Positions 1 to 12,656 are shown, counted from the first letter of the stretch. The stretch: 64,000 nucleotides of DNA from Squalus acanthias (GCA_030390025.1 CM059431.1:106518001-106582000), one strand, 5' to 3'. A program made the numbers and translations. Notes: a model not told the origin generated them from the sequence alone.

Positions 1-326
1 AGGAGGCCATTCGGCCCGTCGTGCCTGTGCTGGCTCTTTGAAAGAGCAGTCGTGCTGAGTCCCACATCCCCCGCTTTTTGTCCGTAACCCTGTCAGTTCC
101 TCATCCTCCAGAACCTGTCCAACTCCCATTTAAAATTATTGATGGAATCAGCTTCCACCACCTTTTCAGGTGGAGTGTTCCAGATCCCCACAACTCTCTG
201 AGTGAAAACATTCCTCCTCATCTCCCCTCTAGATCTTTTGCCAATGATTGTGAATCTATGGCCTCTGGTTATTGACCCACTCACCAGAGGGAATAGTTTT
301 TCTCTCTCTACTCTATCAAAACCTCC
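1..326 (-). mobile_element. CR1 LINE 3' fragment (ORF2 C-terminus)
   Basis: Minus ORF GFDRVEREKLFPL...RRNVFTQRVVGIWN, typical of the CR1 ORF2 end; matches other CR1 copies in the window. Confidence 0.85.
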
Positions 327-1505
327 ACGCTGACTTTGGCAGGAGTCTGTCAGAATGGCTGGAAAATAGACCAGGATCCAAATGCACCTGGTCCCAACCT
401 TGCACCGAAGAATCCGGCTGACATTTTGGGGGTGGAGCCTCCACTGGCCCCCAAAAAGGCGACTGTCATAAAGGAACACGGCAGTGGGTGGGGACTCCCT
501 GCGCCAGAGTTCAAGAACCTTGGGGCCTCAAAGGGCTATCGTGTGTGATTAGCAGAGGTACAACTAGTTATACTAGGCATACCTGACTGACAGAGGCGGA
601 AGAGGAGAACACCTACGGTTTTAGGTCAGGATCAAGGCACGAAGCTTCGAAGAGGAGTGACATTATTTTAAAACATTTATCAATGCACCACCACCCCCCT
701 TTCCAAGGCCTCAGTTTCTCTGCCAGACTTATTGAAAGTCTGCTTCTTAATGTTAGTTCCTGTAGTAAGTTTCCTCCTCCATTTGACATTGCCTTGTGTA
801 AGTCTTTACTCATCCACACTGAGCAGTCAAGTGCACGCTTCACAGTGCATATGACACCTAATAAACATCAGTCACGATAGCAGTCGGTCTATTTTTCTTT
901 GGATATTTGTAAATAAAAAGCTTGAACCTGCTGTGCAACAACTCCAGCCAGGTATGTGCTTGCTGCCACCTGACACATTAATTAACACAAAAATAAGTGT
1001 CAGCCATGCATCATTTTTGTGTATTAGTAGCTGTTGTTTATTATGTTAATAGTCTTGGTCAGCCACACAGCCACCTAACACTTAGCCTGATGATCTAGGA
1101 TGCACTGTGAGGGAACTGAGTTTATTTATGTGTTAAGTGGGTAGAGTATATAAATCTTAATATTTATGGATATTACTTGTTCCAAGCCTGCATTGCTATA
1201 TGAATTTTATCTATTCTGTAATCAATATATATCATAAGACTATGAAACATTGATGTTCTTCACAATCCAAGTTGCCCATATATCCATTTCCTTTCATATG
1301 AGATCAAGAGAAATGTACATGATTACATACCTGAAGCTGACATATATTGAATACATTAGTTTTACAGGATGTGTTCAAAAATGTCAAGAGATAATTCTGA
1401 ATAATTGTACAGTTGTAGTCGTGGTTAGTGACCCATGATGCCTTTTCTTGGGAAGGGCAGTTAAATATGTGTGTATCTGGAGCTTTGGTGATTGGTAATT
1501 ATTCT

Positions 1506-1747
1506 TGATGCGGAGATGCCGGTGTTGGACTGGGGTGGACAAAAATGAGAAGTCGCACAACACCAGGTTATAGTCCAACAGTTTTATTTGAAATTACGAG
1601 CTTTCGGAGCGCTGCTCCTTCGTCAGGTAAAGTGAGGGAATATCTGATTTGTATTCCCTCACTTTACCTGACGAAGGAGCAGCGCTCCGAAAGCTCGTAA
1701 TTTCAAATAAAACTGTTGGACTATAACCTGGTGTTGTGCGACTTCTC
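1506..1747. mobile_element. Penelope-like element terminal fragment (inverted pLTR pair) with hammerhead motifs
   Basis: TSD GTAATTATTCT (1495-1505/1748-1758); perfect 96-bp arms 1547-1642 and 1652-1747; 41-nt tail on one arm only. Confidence 0.8.
1664..1700 (+). ncRNA. Minimal type I hammerhead ribozyme (mirror copy on - at ~1594-1630)
   Basis: TTAC-CTGACGA-A-GGAGC(AGC)GCTCC-GAAA-GC-TC-GTAA: core boxes, stem II, 4-bp stem I, palindromic AGCT stem III. Confidence 0.75.
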
Positions 1748-1886
1748 GTAATTATTCTAACATGGTTGTATACATCTACGGTCCGTGTCATTCTAACATT
1801 GTTTATCTCAGCATGAAGATCCAAATATAGGGCAATAAATGGCCTAAGTTGACAGTTAGTAAAGCCACCCATCAGGAAACCAAAGA

Positions 1887-2365
1887 GTGTCAGCTGTGGC
1901 TCAGTGGGCAGCACCCTTGCTCTCTCAGTCAGAATAGTTGTGGGTTCAAGTCCCACTCCACAGACTTGAGCACAAAAATCTAGGCTGACACTCCCCAGTG
2001 CAGTGCTGAGGGAGAGCTGCACTGTCGGAGGTGCCATCTTTCAGATGAGACAGTTAAACCGAGGCCCCGTCTGCTCTCTCAGGTGGACTGTAAAAGATCC
2101 CATGGCACTATTTCGAAGATGAGCAGACGAGTTGTCCCTGATGTCCTGGCCAATATTTGTCTTCAATCAACATCACTAAAAACAGATTATCTGGTCATTG
2201 TCATGTTGCTGTTTGTGGGAGCTTGCTATGCGCAAATTAGTTGCTGCGTTTACTACATTACAACAGGGACTACACTTAAAAAAAAGTACTTCATTGGCTG
2301 TAACGCACTTTGGGATTGTTCGGTGGTTGTGAAAGGTGCTTATATAAATGCAAGTCTTTCTTTTT
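1887..2365 (+). mobile_element. DeuSINE (SacSINE1-like), full length
   Basis: tRNA-like head (GGCTCAGTGG, GGTTCAAGTCCC), Deu-like core, tail AAAGGTGCTTATATAAATGCAAGTCTTTC. Confidence 0.85.
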
Positions 2366-2520
2366 CCTTTTAGGTTAGGCCTTGGTGAATGAAGACACAT
2401 TTAATGGCTAATCATTAGAGTAAGTGACTAATTTGTGCCTTTCCAGCATTCCATCTATTCTCCATCTACAGGAGCTTCACAGGTGTTTGGTGTGAGTTGT
2501 ATTTGCTTCAGGATTTCTTG

Positions 2521-3036
2521 ATGGATTACTCTCCATTTGCCTGGATGAGTGCAGCTCCAACAACACTCAAGGAGCTCAACATCATCCAGGACAAAGCAGC
2601 CCGCTTGATTGGCACCCCATCCACCACCTTAAATATTCACCCCCTCCACCACCGGCGTACCGTAGCTGTAGTGTGTACCATCTACAAGATGCAATACAGC
2701 AACTCGTTAAGACTTCTTCGGCAGCACCTCCCAAACCCACGACCTCTTCCACCTAGAAGGACAAGGGCAGCAGGCGCATGGGAACACCACCACCTCCAAG
2801 TTCCCCTCCAAGTCACACACCATCCTGACTTAGAAGTATATCGCCGTTCCTTCATCGTCTCTGAGTCAGAATCCTGGAACTCCCTCCCTAACAGCACTGT
2901 GGGAGTACCATCACCACACGGACTGCAGCGGTTCAAGAAGGTGGCTCACCACCACCTTCTCAAGGGCAACTAGGGATGGGCAATAAATGCTGGCCTTGCC
3001 AGCGACGCCCACATCCCATAAACGAATTTAAAAAAA
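2521..3036 (+). mobile_element. Non-LTR LINE 3' end (CR1/L2 group)
   Basis: ORF AWMSAAPTTLK...SWNSLPNSTVG...; A-rich tail; further copies at 33362-33955 and 34828-35078. Confidence 0.75.
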
Positions 3037-4391
3037 GATTAAGTAAGGTGGGAGAATGCCTGTGTGGAGCATGAACACCAGCATAGACCTGTTGCACCGA
3101 AAGGCCTGTTTCTCTGATGTAAATCCTTTACTCACCGAAAACACCTCAAAGTTTGCAGGAATTTATGACTGAAGTGTCTGTGTGAAGCAAGACTGCTTTG
3201 CACCATTGTCGGAGCTTGAGTTTAAATGTCCCCGTACCCTGTATCTAATCAGTGCTATCTCTGACCTGCTTGACGCTGCCACTGGTTGAAAAAGTGGGCA
3301 AGTGTTCCATTCTCCAACATGATGGATATCCCAGCAACAAAACTAACCCTATCAGGATTTACACAGAGGGTCTGTTGGAGCTTGGGGTGCTTTGCTGCAG
3401 GCAATGGTTCATGCAGAGACCTTTGCATCTTTTATGAGGAAAATGAATAAATATTGGAAGCAGGAAGAGAGCAGGGCAGTGGGAATAATTTAGGATTGCG
3501 CCAGGCATAACGAATCAAAAGACCACCTCCCGTGCTTTAAATTCCAATGGCTCTATGGTCCCTCATCATGGTGCCAGGCAGCGTCCTGTACCGCAACCTG
3601 GTATCCCGTTAATATCGCACCCTTGTGAGGTCTCTAGATGGATCATATCCTGCAAACTCTTACACTTAAGAGGTCATATGTCACTTGGCATTAATCCACC
3701 ATTTCAATAAAAATGACTGCTGTCAAAATAATTGAAAAATGCCCAAGACATTAAAAAAAAATGCCATACATCCGTCCATCAGTGAATTACAGGCAGCAAT
3801 CTAATCTCAGGATTCAGGTGTTTGAGCTTTGCTCTGTGGTTCAAAATTTGAACCCCTCAGTTAGATTAGATGCTTGTTATCCATTGCCAGCAGCCAGTAT
3901 TCGCCGCGTTCAGTGTCGTGCAGTGAAGACTCCATCAGTACACTCCCATTCTTGCATACCAGTGAAATGTGGGAAAATACACTGTAAAATGCCAGTCGTG
4001 GAATTTTACAGAAAGACCTAATTGTGCCACAAAATAATGTACTTGTTAGCACTTAAAGCTGCAGGGCGGCACAATCACATTGAATCTGTTGATGGGGCAA
4101 AAGTGAAGGAGATTAACTACAGGAAGAAAGAAAACACATTCCTAACATGATTAGTTCTGGAGTTATTTAGCAGCAGAGATCGAAAACGTGAAATGCAGGT
4201 TTTTAATCTTTACAGCGATGGCCTTTCACTCTTTGCCCCTATTTGTAACCAATCACAGAGTTGGCATTTGGGACAGCAGAGTGCTGTAGGCATATAGAAA
4301 CACACACTTTCTGGAAAGTCTTCAAAAACTAATCATGTTTGGAATGACAGGTCAGCTGCTCTCCCTCCAACAGAAAATATATAGAGCCTAC

Positions 4392-4725
4392 CTGCTGTCT
4401 TTCAGCTGAGACGTTAAATCGAGGCCCCGTCCGCTCTCTTGCGTGGACGTAAAAGATCCCGCGGCACTATTTCGAAGAAGAGCAGGGGAGTTCTCCCCGG
4501 TGCCCTGGGCCCAATATTTATCCCTCAATCAACGTCACTAAAACAGATTATCTGGTCATTAGCACATTGCTGTTTGTGGGAGCTTGCTGTGTGCAGTTTG
4601 GCTGCCGCGTTTCCTACATTACAACAGTGACTACACTTCAAAAGTATTTAATTGGCTGTAAAGCGCTTTGGGGCATCCGGTGGTCGTGAAAGGCGCTATA
4701 TAAATGCAAATCTATCTTTCTTTCT
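4392..4725 (+). mobile_element. DeuSINE, 5'-truncated
   Basis: Core and tail match 1887-2365. Confidence 0.8.
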
Positions 4726-5051
4726 TTAACAATAACCAGAACTAAATGATTTTCAGCCAATTTACGAACCACATACATTTCTGATGGTATCCATCCATCA
4801 TATATGAAAAGTCTTGCCTATATTTTCAATTCCTGTACCTGTCACACCCATTTTGATAGACTTTTGTCATAGTTAGATTTTTGTTAGGAAAGGATATGAA
4901 GGGATATTGACAAAAAGTGGGTAATTGGAGTTGAGGCACAGATCAGCCTTGATCTAATAGAATGGCGGAACAGGCTCAAGGGACTGAATGGCTTACTTCT
5001 GTTCCTATGCTCCATGACACCCTTTTATCACCTTAGATCTTACCTACTCAG

Positions 5052-5880
5052 GTGTCAGCTGTGGCCCAGTGGGTAGCTCTCTCACCTCTGAGTCTGAAGG
5101 TCATGTGTTTCAAGTCCCACTCCAGAGACCTGAGTACAAAAATCTAGGCTGACACTCGTAGTGTCAGACTGAGGGAGTGCTGCACTGCCGTCTTTTGGAT
5201 GATGCATAAAATTATGAGGAGCCTAGATAGAGTGGACAGGAAAGACCTATTTCCCTTAGCAGAGAGGTCAATAACCAGGGGCATAGATTTAAAGTAATTG
5301 GTAGAAAAATTAGAGGGGAGTTGAGGAGAATTTTTTTCATGTGGTGGGGGTCTGGATCTCACTGCCTGAAAGGGTGGTAGAGGCAGAAACCCTCATCACA
5401 TTTAAAATGTGCTTGGGTATGCACTTGAGGTGGTGTGACCTACAGGGCTACGGACCAAGAGCTGGAAAGTGGGATTAGGCTGGATAGCTCTTTTTCGGCC
5501 GGCGCGGACACGATGGGCCGAATGGCCTCCTTCTGTGCTGTAAATTTCTATGATTCTGTGAATCTATGATTCCGGGATGAGGTGTTAAACTGAGCCCCCG
5601 TCTTCCCTCTCAGGTGAACGTAAAAGATCACTTGGCATTATTTCCAAATAAGAGCAGGGGCATTTTCCCCAGTGACCTGGTCAATATTTATCCCTCAATC
5701 AACATCAGGAAAACAGATTATCCGGTCATTATTTAATTGCTGTTTGGGGGACCCTGCTGTGCGCAAATTGGCTGCTGCGTTTCTCTACATTACAACAGTG
5801 TCTGGACTTTAAAAGTACTTCATTGGCTGGAAAGCACTTTGGGATGTCCTGAGGTCATGAAAGGTGCTATAGAAATCTTT
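5052..5880 (+). mobile_element. DeuSINE interrupted by a CR1 3' fragment (~5203-5572)
   Basis: SINE head to 5202, CR1 end with CTATGATT-type tail, SINE resumes; GGATGA duplicated at the junctions. Confidence 0.8.
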
Positions 5881-6059
5881 CTTATATCGTTATTCACTCC
5901 TGCTTTACACTGGATGGCAATCATGCTGTGTAAAAACAGGTATCCAGAGATGCTAAGTGCTACTTAAAGGTGGAAGTGGATTTAAAGAGGTACTGGCAAA
6001 AGTGCTGTAACAATTTCTTCCCCAGCTAACAGCAGCCTCAATGTCTATCTTTCAACCTT

Positions 6060-6215
6060 TCACCCCATGTCCGCAGCTGATGTTGCCAAGGGCAGCATGC
6101 AGATGAGGAATAGGAGAGGGCCAGGGATAGATCCTTGGGGGACTCCAGAGGTAATAGTGAAGAGAACCCATTGCTGAAGACGCTTCAGCTATGATCAGAT
6201 AGGTAAAAGTAGAAC
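6060..6215 (-). mobile_element. L2-like RT fragment
   Basis: Reverse strand encodes ITSGVPQGSI-like RT motif. Confidence 0.6.
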
Positions 6216-8248
6216 CAAGTCTTATTACTGAAAAAGAAAGTCCCTGTCGCCTCATTATTCTGGTCTGAACTCGTTCTGCTTTTACATTTACAGCATTCCC
6301 TTCCCAAGTTCCAGTCCCCTTCACATTACGCTTCATACCCTGTGTGGCTGCTGGACTAATAATTGCATTGATATTCTACCAGAATATTTATGTCCTGCAC
6401 ACACACGACACGATGTATTTCAATATAAGTATGTTAAGCGAACACACTTGATGCATCAATTACATTTTTGCAGCAAACAGATTACGCCCTCAAAAGAAAT
6501 CAACTGCAATACTAATTTTGTCCTTGCTTTATTCAGGAAATTGTGCTTGCAGTGATACATCTTCTCAAAGGAATTAAGTTCTTCTGACAAAAATGCATAA
6601 AATTCCCTTACAAGCTTCTGAAAGGACGGTGTCAGCAGCAAGATATTTTATGATTAATTGTGTAACAGAAACAAACACACTGTTAGCAGTTTAAAAAAAA
6701 GTGATCCGTCCGCTAATGAATTCCCTTGAAATGTTGGACATTCGCACCTGTCTGTCCAGTTTTATTTGTGTTAGATCCCCTGCTCCTGAAAGCAGAACTT
6801 TATGCCTCAGAGTAAAATTAAGGTGTTTGATGAAATTTTGGGGGTTATGAGATGACTTGAATTAAGTGCTGTCTAGACGTGCACGGAAAACACTGAATAG
6901 AAATATTAGACTCCATAGTGACCCATGCTCGTAAATTACCAGCACAATGCATCAGATCCTACACCGGTAATTTCATCAAGATCAACAAGATGTAATCTTG
7001 AAAACCATTTGCACAGCACGAGGACAAATAGATGTCCTTGTCCTTCCAGACTGGTGGATTTGATGCTTAGAAGCCTGACTACTTCGCTGTCTGTAAGCAG
7101 CTATAGAGGGCAATTGTAAATAATTAAATAGAAATTTGTTACCCTTTGTCAAATGTATTTCTGATGTCACTCTTCCTCTCCTTCCATTAAGCGATCCCTT
7201 GATTAAATTTTAAAGTCTGAAAACAATTTGAAGGGCTGGAAATGCAAGGAGTGAACTAGAACTCGAGCGTCTGCAAAAGGAAAGTCATATTCTCTTAGGG
7301 AGCTGCTTGCAAAGTGGCAGGTGTTTTGTATGCGCTTTCCATGATGCTCTTTTCAGCCAGTGCGTAACACTGCTAAGTGCTGGTCATGCAGATGTTCCCT
7401 GTAGGTCATCTCTATTTAAAATCTTTGGTCCCCTTTCAGCCTCTCCCTGCACCACGGCTAGATGTTGTGCAAGGACCTGGATTTGTAGCCAGAATGGAAA
7501 TTTCAGCACATAGCCTGCAGCAGCCTCACATTAAAGTGAGTTCAGTAGTTGATGGCTCCTTATTGCTTATTAAATGTTTAATAGGCTCTGTGATTCACTC
7601 TAGGCTCTTATCTCTGCCCCAGGTGAATGAGGTGCTGTTCACCAGGGGCTGGACACATGAATTTCTCCAAGGAATCGTAAAACAGGGTAAGGAAAGGGCA
7701 CTGTGATTTAAATCCGCAGAGTCAGCCCAGCAGAGCTGAGCGGCAATTTAACGCTCAAAGCTGACGTTCCCAATCTTTTATGGTTAATCGAATTTAAATA
7801 TTTTAAAATCAAATGTTCCAATGTCGTTTGTTTCACAAAGAAAAATGACAGGTTCATTCATTCACTTGCTACAGGTGTAATCAGTAAAAGTGCAGTATTC
7901 ATTTTTGATTGTGTCTCCAAAGATTTAAGTGCTGCAGGGCTCATTTTAAAATACTTGTGTGATCTGAGAACAGTAGAAATGAGCCATTTTTTGTTCTTGG
8001 AGGATGTGCTTCCTTAAGTCACTCGCATGCAAGATAGGAAAAATGTATTGCCAAAAAGTTAACTGCAGCCGCACGCTGCATAATCATTCGTGTGGCAAGC
8101 TGCACAGACGATGGAAAAACTGGCTGAACTCTACCCAGAACGCACTGCCTGAGGCCTAGTTCTGTTAAAATGAGGCGACTGCAACTTCTGCCGTAATGCA
8201 TCGCTAAAGAGGTGTGGTGCAAAGTTACGGTATTCTGAGTGTTACTTA

Positions 8249-9073
8249 GGGGGCGATTTTGCCAGCCCTGGGGAGGCGGGTTTGGAGGCGGGACTGCTGG
8301 GAAAATGGCAGAATCTGGGGGCGGGTGCCCATCCCGCCTCCGTGCCATCTTCCCAGGAGGCGGGCAGCCGACCCGCGCCGGGTCCCGTCTTCTGGAGGCG
8401 GGAAGGGGATTACAGCCACTTAACTGCCTGTTAACAGGTAGTTCACAGGCAGTTAAGAGGATTATCCCCATTTTTCCAGCAGAGGCGCGGGCTTCCCAAC
8501 ATCGGGAAACCCCGCCAGGGTCATCGAAGCGAGCAGTGGGTCTGCAGGGTCCAAAAGTACGCTGTGGAGGTAAGTGATGGGTGCAAGTGTGGAGAGGTTA
8601 GGATATGAGGTGAGTGAAAAGTGATAGAAAATGTTTACTTACCTTTGTTTCTTCCTGCAGGCTTCAACAGTTGGGGATGCGGAGACTCTCGTATCTCACC
8701 GGCAGAGATGACAGATGGCTGCTGCATTCTCCGATGCAACAGCCATCTGACTTCTGCTCCGCAGATAGGTTTGATGAGTCTTGAATACAAGGACTCATCA
8801 AACAACAGAGAATGTCAATGTTTGACAGCTTCACAGAGCTGTCAAACGATGACAATTCATCTGCCAAAAATCTTTGCCAGATGAAACGTCATACGCTGAC
8901 GTTCTTTGTAACCGACTTCCCGTTAATTGGCCTGCTCAGCCCGCTGGGCAGGCTTAACAAAGTCAATCAAGGGAAAATAGCGTGGGTTGGCCACAAGTCG
9001 ATGGAGGTGGGACTAAAACCCGACAAGCAGCAGTCCCGCCTCCAACGCGCCCCCATTGGCAAAAATTACCCCC
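8249..9073. mobile_element. Harbinger-type MITE, subfamily A
   Basis: TIRs GGGGGCGATTTTGCCA / TGGCAAAAATTACCCCC; 3-bp flanks TTA/ATA; homologous to 59318-59898 and 50738-51602. Confidence 0.8.
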
Positions 9074-9346
9074 ATAGAATTTACAGCACAGAAACAGGCC
9101 AATCGACCCAACTGGTCCGTGCTGGTGTTCATGCTCCACACGAGCCTCCATCCACCCACTTCATCTAACCCTATCAGCATAACCTTCTATTCCCTTTCTC
9201 CCTCAATGCTTTATCTAGCTGCCCCTTAAATGCACCTTTGCTATTCGCAAGTTCCACATTCTAAATGCTCTCTGCATCAAGAAGTTTCTCCTGAATTCTT
9301 ATATTTGTGTCCTCTAGTTTTGCACTCCCACCCACAAGTGAAAACA
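9074..9346 (-). mobile_element. CR1 3' fragment (continues at ~12111-12163), split by the long CR1
   Basis: CR1 3' UTR on -; sequence resumes after 12110. Confidence 0.7.
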
Positions 9347-12110
9347 TAGAAGAGACAGGCAAAATGGAAAAGGAGCAGGGGTAGCCCTGATAATAAAGGA
9401 TGGGATAAAGACAGTAGAGAGAAAGGATCTTAGCTCCGAAAATCAAGAAGTAGAATCAGTTTGGGTGGAGCTAAGAAACAGCAAGGGGCAGAAAACATTG
9501 GTGGGAGTTGTTTATAGGCCCCCAAACAATCGTTGTAATGTAGGGGCAGAGTACAAATCAGGAAATTAGAGGCGCATGTAACAAGGGTAATACAGTAATC
9601 ATGGGGGACTTTAATCTACATATAGACTGGACAAACTAAATTTTTAGTAATAGTGTGGAGGATGAATTCATGGAATGTATACAAGATAGTTTTCTAGATC
9701 AGTATGTTGAGGAACCAACTAGGGAGCAGGCTATTTTAGATCTAGTATTGTGCAATGAGAAAGGGTTAATTAATTCCCCTTTAGGGAAGAGTCACCATAA
9801 TATGATAGAATTTTATATTGAGTTTGAAAGTGATTTAGTTAAATCTGAAACTAGGGTCTTAAATCTAAACAAAGCAAACTATGTAGGTATGAGAGGTGAG
9901 TTGGCTAAGGTAGATTGGGAAATGACATTAAAAGGTATGTCAGTAGACAAGCAATGGCTAGCATTTAAAGAATTAATACATAATTTACAACAAAGATACA
10001 TTCCTTTAAGGCACAAACCCCATAGGAAAAGTGGTCCAACCGTAGCTAACAAGAGAAGTTAAAGATAGTATTAGATCGAAGGAAGAGGCTTATAATGTTG
10101 CCAAAAAAAATAGTAAGCCTGAGGATTGGGAGGATTTTAGAATTCAGCAAAGGAGTACCAAGAAATTGATAAAGAAAGGGAAAATAGAATATGAGAGTAA
10201 ACTCACGAGGGACATTAAAACAGACTGTAAAAGCTTCTTTAGGTATGTAAAAAGGAAAAGATTAGTGAAAGTAAATGTGGGTCCTTTACAGGCTGAGACA
10301 GGAGAAATTAGAATGGGGAATAAGGAAATGGCAGAGAAATTAAACAAATACATCTTGTCTGTCTTCACTGAAGAAGACGCAAAAAACATTCCGGAAATAT
10401 TGGAGAACCAAGGCTCCAGCGAGAATAAGGAACTGAAAGAAAATAGTATTAGTAAAAAAATAGTACTGGAGAAATTAATGGGACTGAAAGCCAATAAATC
10501 CCCTGGACCTGATGGCCTGCATCCTAGGGTTTTGAAAGAGGTGGCTATAGAGATATGATGCGGAGATGCCGGTGTTGGACTGGGGTGGACAAATAGAGAT
10601 AGTGGATGCATTGGTTGTCATCTTCCAAAATTCCATAGATTCTAGAACGGTTCCCGCGGATTGGAATGTAGCAAATGTAACCCCACTATTTAAGAAAGGA
10701 GGGAGAGAAAAAACGGGGAACTACAGACCAGTTAGCCTGACGTCAGTAGTAGGGAAAATGCTAGAATCTATTATTAAGGATGTGGTAACAGGGCACTTAG
10801 AAAATAATAATAGAATTGGGAAGAGTCAACATGGATTTATGAAAGGGAAATCATGTTTGACAAATCTGTTAGAGTTTTTTGAGGTTGTTCCTAGCAGAAT
10901 AGATAAGGGGGTACCAGTGGATGTGATGTATTTGGATTTTCAGAAGGCATTCGATAAGGTGCCATACAAGAGGTTATTAAACAAAATTAAGGCTCATGGG
11001 ATTGGGGTTAAGATACTAGCATGGATTGAGGATTGGTTAATGGACAGAAAACAGAGAGTAGGAATAAATGGGTCATTTTTGGGTTGGCAGGCTGTAACTA
11101 GTGGAGTACCGCAAGGATCAGTGCTTGGGTCTCAAATATTCACAATCTATATCAATGATTTGGATGAGGGGACCAAATGTAATATATCCAAGTTTGCTGA
11201 TGATACAAAGCTAGGTGGGAATGTAAGTTGTGAGGATGATGCAAAGAGGCTTCAAGAGGATATAGACAGACTAAGTGAGTGGACAAGAACATGGCAAATG
11301 GAATATAATGTGGAGAAATGTGAAGTTATCCACTTTGGTAGGAAAAATAGAAAAACAGAGTATTTTTTAAATGGTGAGAGATTGGGAAATGTTGGTGATC
11401 AGAGGGACCTGGGTGTCCTTGTACACAAATCACTGAAAGTTAACATGCAGGTAATTAGGAAAGCAAATGGTATGCTGGCCTTTATTACAAGAGGATTTGA
11501 GTATAAGTGTAAAGACGTCTTACTGCAATTATATAGGGCCCTGGTGAGACCACACCTGGAGCATTGTGTACAGCTTTGGTCTCCTTACCTAAGGAAGGAT
11601 ATACTTGCCATAGAGGGAGTGCAACAAAGGTTCACCAGACTGGTTCCTGGAATGGGGGGATTGTCATATTAGGAGAGATTGAGTAGACTAGGCCTATATT
11701 CTCTCGAGTTTAGAAGAATGAGAGGTGATCTCATTGAAACATACAAAATTCTTACAGGGCTTGACAGGGTAGATGCAGGGAGGTTGTTTCCCCTGGCTGG
11801 GGAGTCTAGAACCAGGGGTCATGGTCTCAGAATAAGGGGTCGGCCATTTAGGACTGAGATGAGGAGAAATTTCTTCACTCAGAGGGTGGTGAATCTTTGG
11901 AATTCTCTACCCCAGAGGGCTGTGGAGGCTCAGTCATTGGGTATATTCAAGACAGAGATCGATAGATTTTTGAATATTAAGGGAATCAAGTGATATGGGG
12001 ATCAGGCGGGAAAGTGGAGTTGTGGTAGAAGATCAGCCATGATCTTATTGAATGGCGGAGCAGGCTCGAGGGGCCGAAAGGCCGACTCCTGCTCCTATTT
12101 CTTATGTTCT
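9347..12110 (+). mobile_element. CR1 LINE, 5'-truncated; disrupted ORF2 (APE endonuclease + RT)
   Basis: EN motifs (YRPP, MGDFN, ILDLVL); RT motifs NYRPVSLTS, LDFQKAFDKV, SGVPQGSVLG, FADDTK; stops, frameshifts and an internal insertion; CR1 3' UTR. Confidence 0.95.
10556..10592 (-). mobile_element. Solo Penelope 3' tail insertion (37 nt)
   Basis: Identical to 1506-1542; flanked by TSD ATAGAGATA inside CR1 ORF2. Confidence 0.8.
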
Positions 12111-12656
12111 TCCCTACGGCTACCTTATCAAACCCCTTCATAATTTTGAAGGCCTCCATTAGTTATGACTGCTGTGTAACACTTAGGATGTTGTAGGATA
12201 AGTCAATCCAGTTGTGTGTTAAAATGTTGTTGATATGCCTGGGATAGCTGGATGTGAGCACATGCTGTCAGTGGGGGACCTCTCTCACCAGCAAAGTATG
12301 TCGGAAATCACTCACAAATAAAGCCCCGTGATTGTCAAAATCAGAGAGGTTTTCCATTTCCTGTTACTAGTGGCACTCGATGTCTCTAGCACAAAAGAAT
12401 TGCCTCCTAAGTAAACAGAAATAATTTTAAAATGTGGATTAATAAAGCCAGACCAATTGGAAAAACTTACAGCGGCAGTTATCTTTTTTCCCGCCCTTTT
12501 GCGGGTGACCCCTTGCACACATTGCAACACAACTTTGGACCCTGCAACTACCAACGTACGGCCAGAGTTCCCCCCCCCACACCCCAACACCCTCAACCTG
12601 CCCTTATCACCGCCCCCCTGCTCCTAAAAGAGAGTGCCAACTACTCAAAGAGAAAG

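Noticed and set aside
1887..1960. tRNA genes at the many GGCTCAGTGG...GGTTCAAGTCCC sites
   Set aside because: They are heads of DeuSINE or HE1 SINEs and continue into SINE bodies
8621..9168. Peptides repeated between MITE A copies (MIENVYLPLF..., MKRHTLTF...)
   Set aside because: Explained by DNA identity of recent copies; stops differ and the frames are not kept in the divergent copy
10566..11672. 368-aa ORF as an intact host or RT gene
   Set aside because: Its start comes from the Penelope tail insertion, and the surrounding CR1 ORF2 has stops and frameshifts
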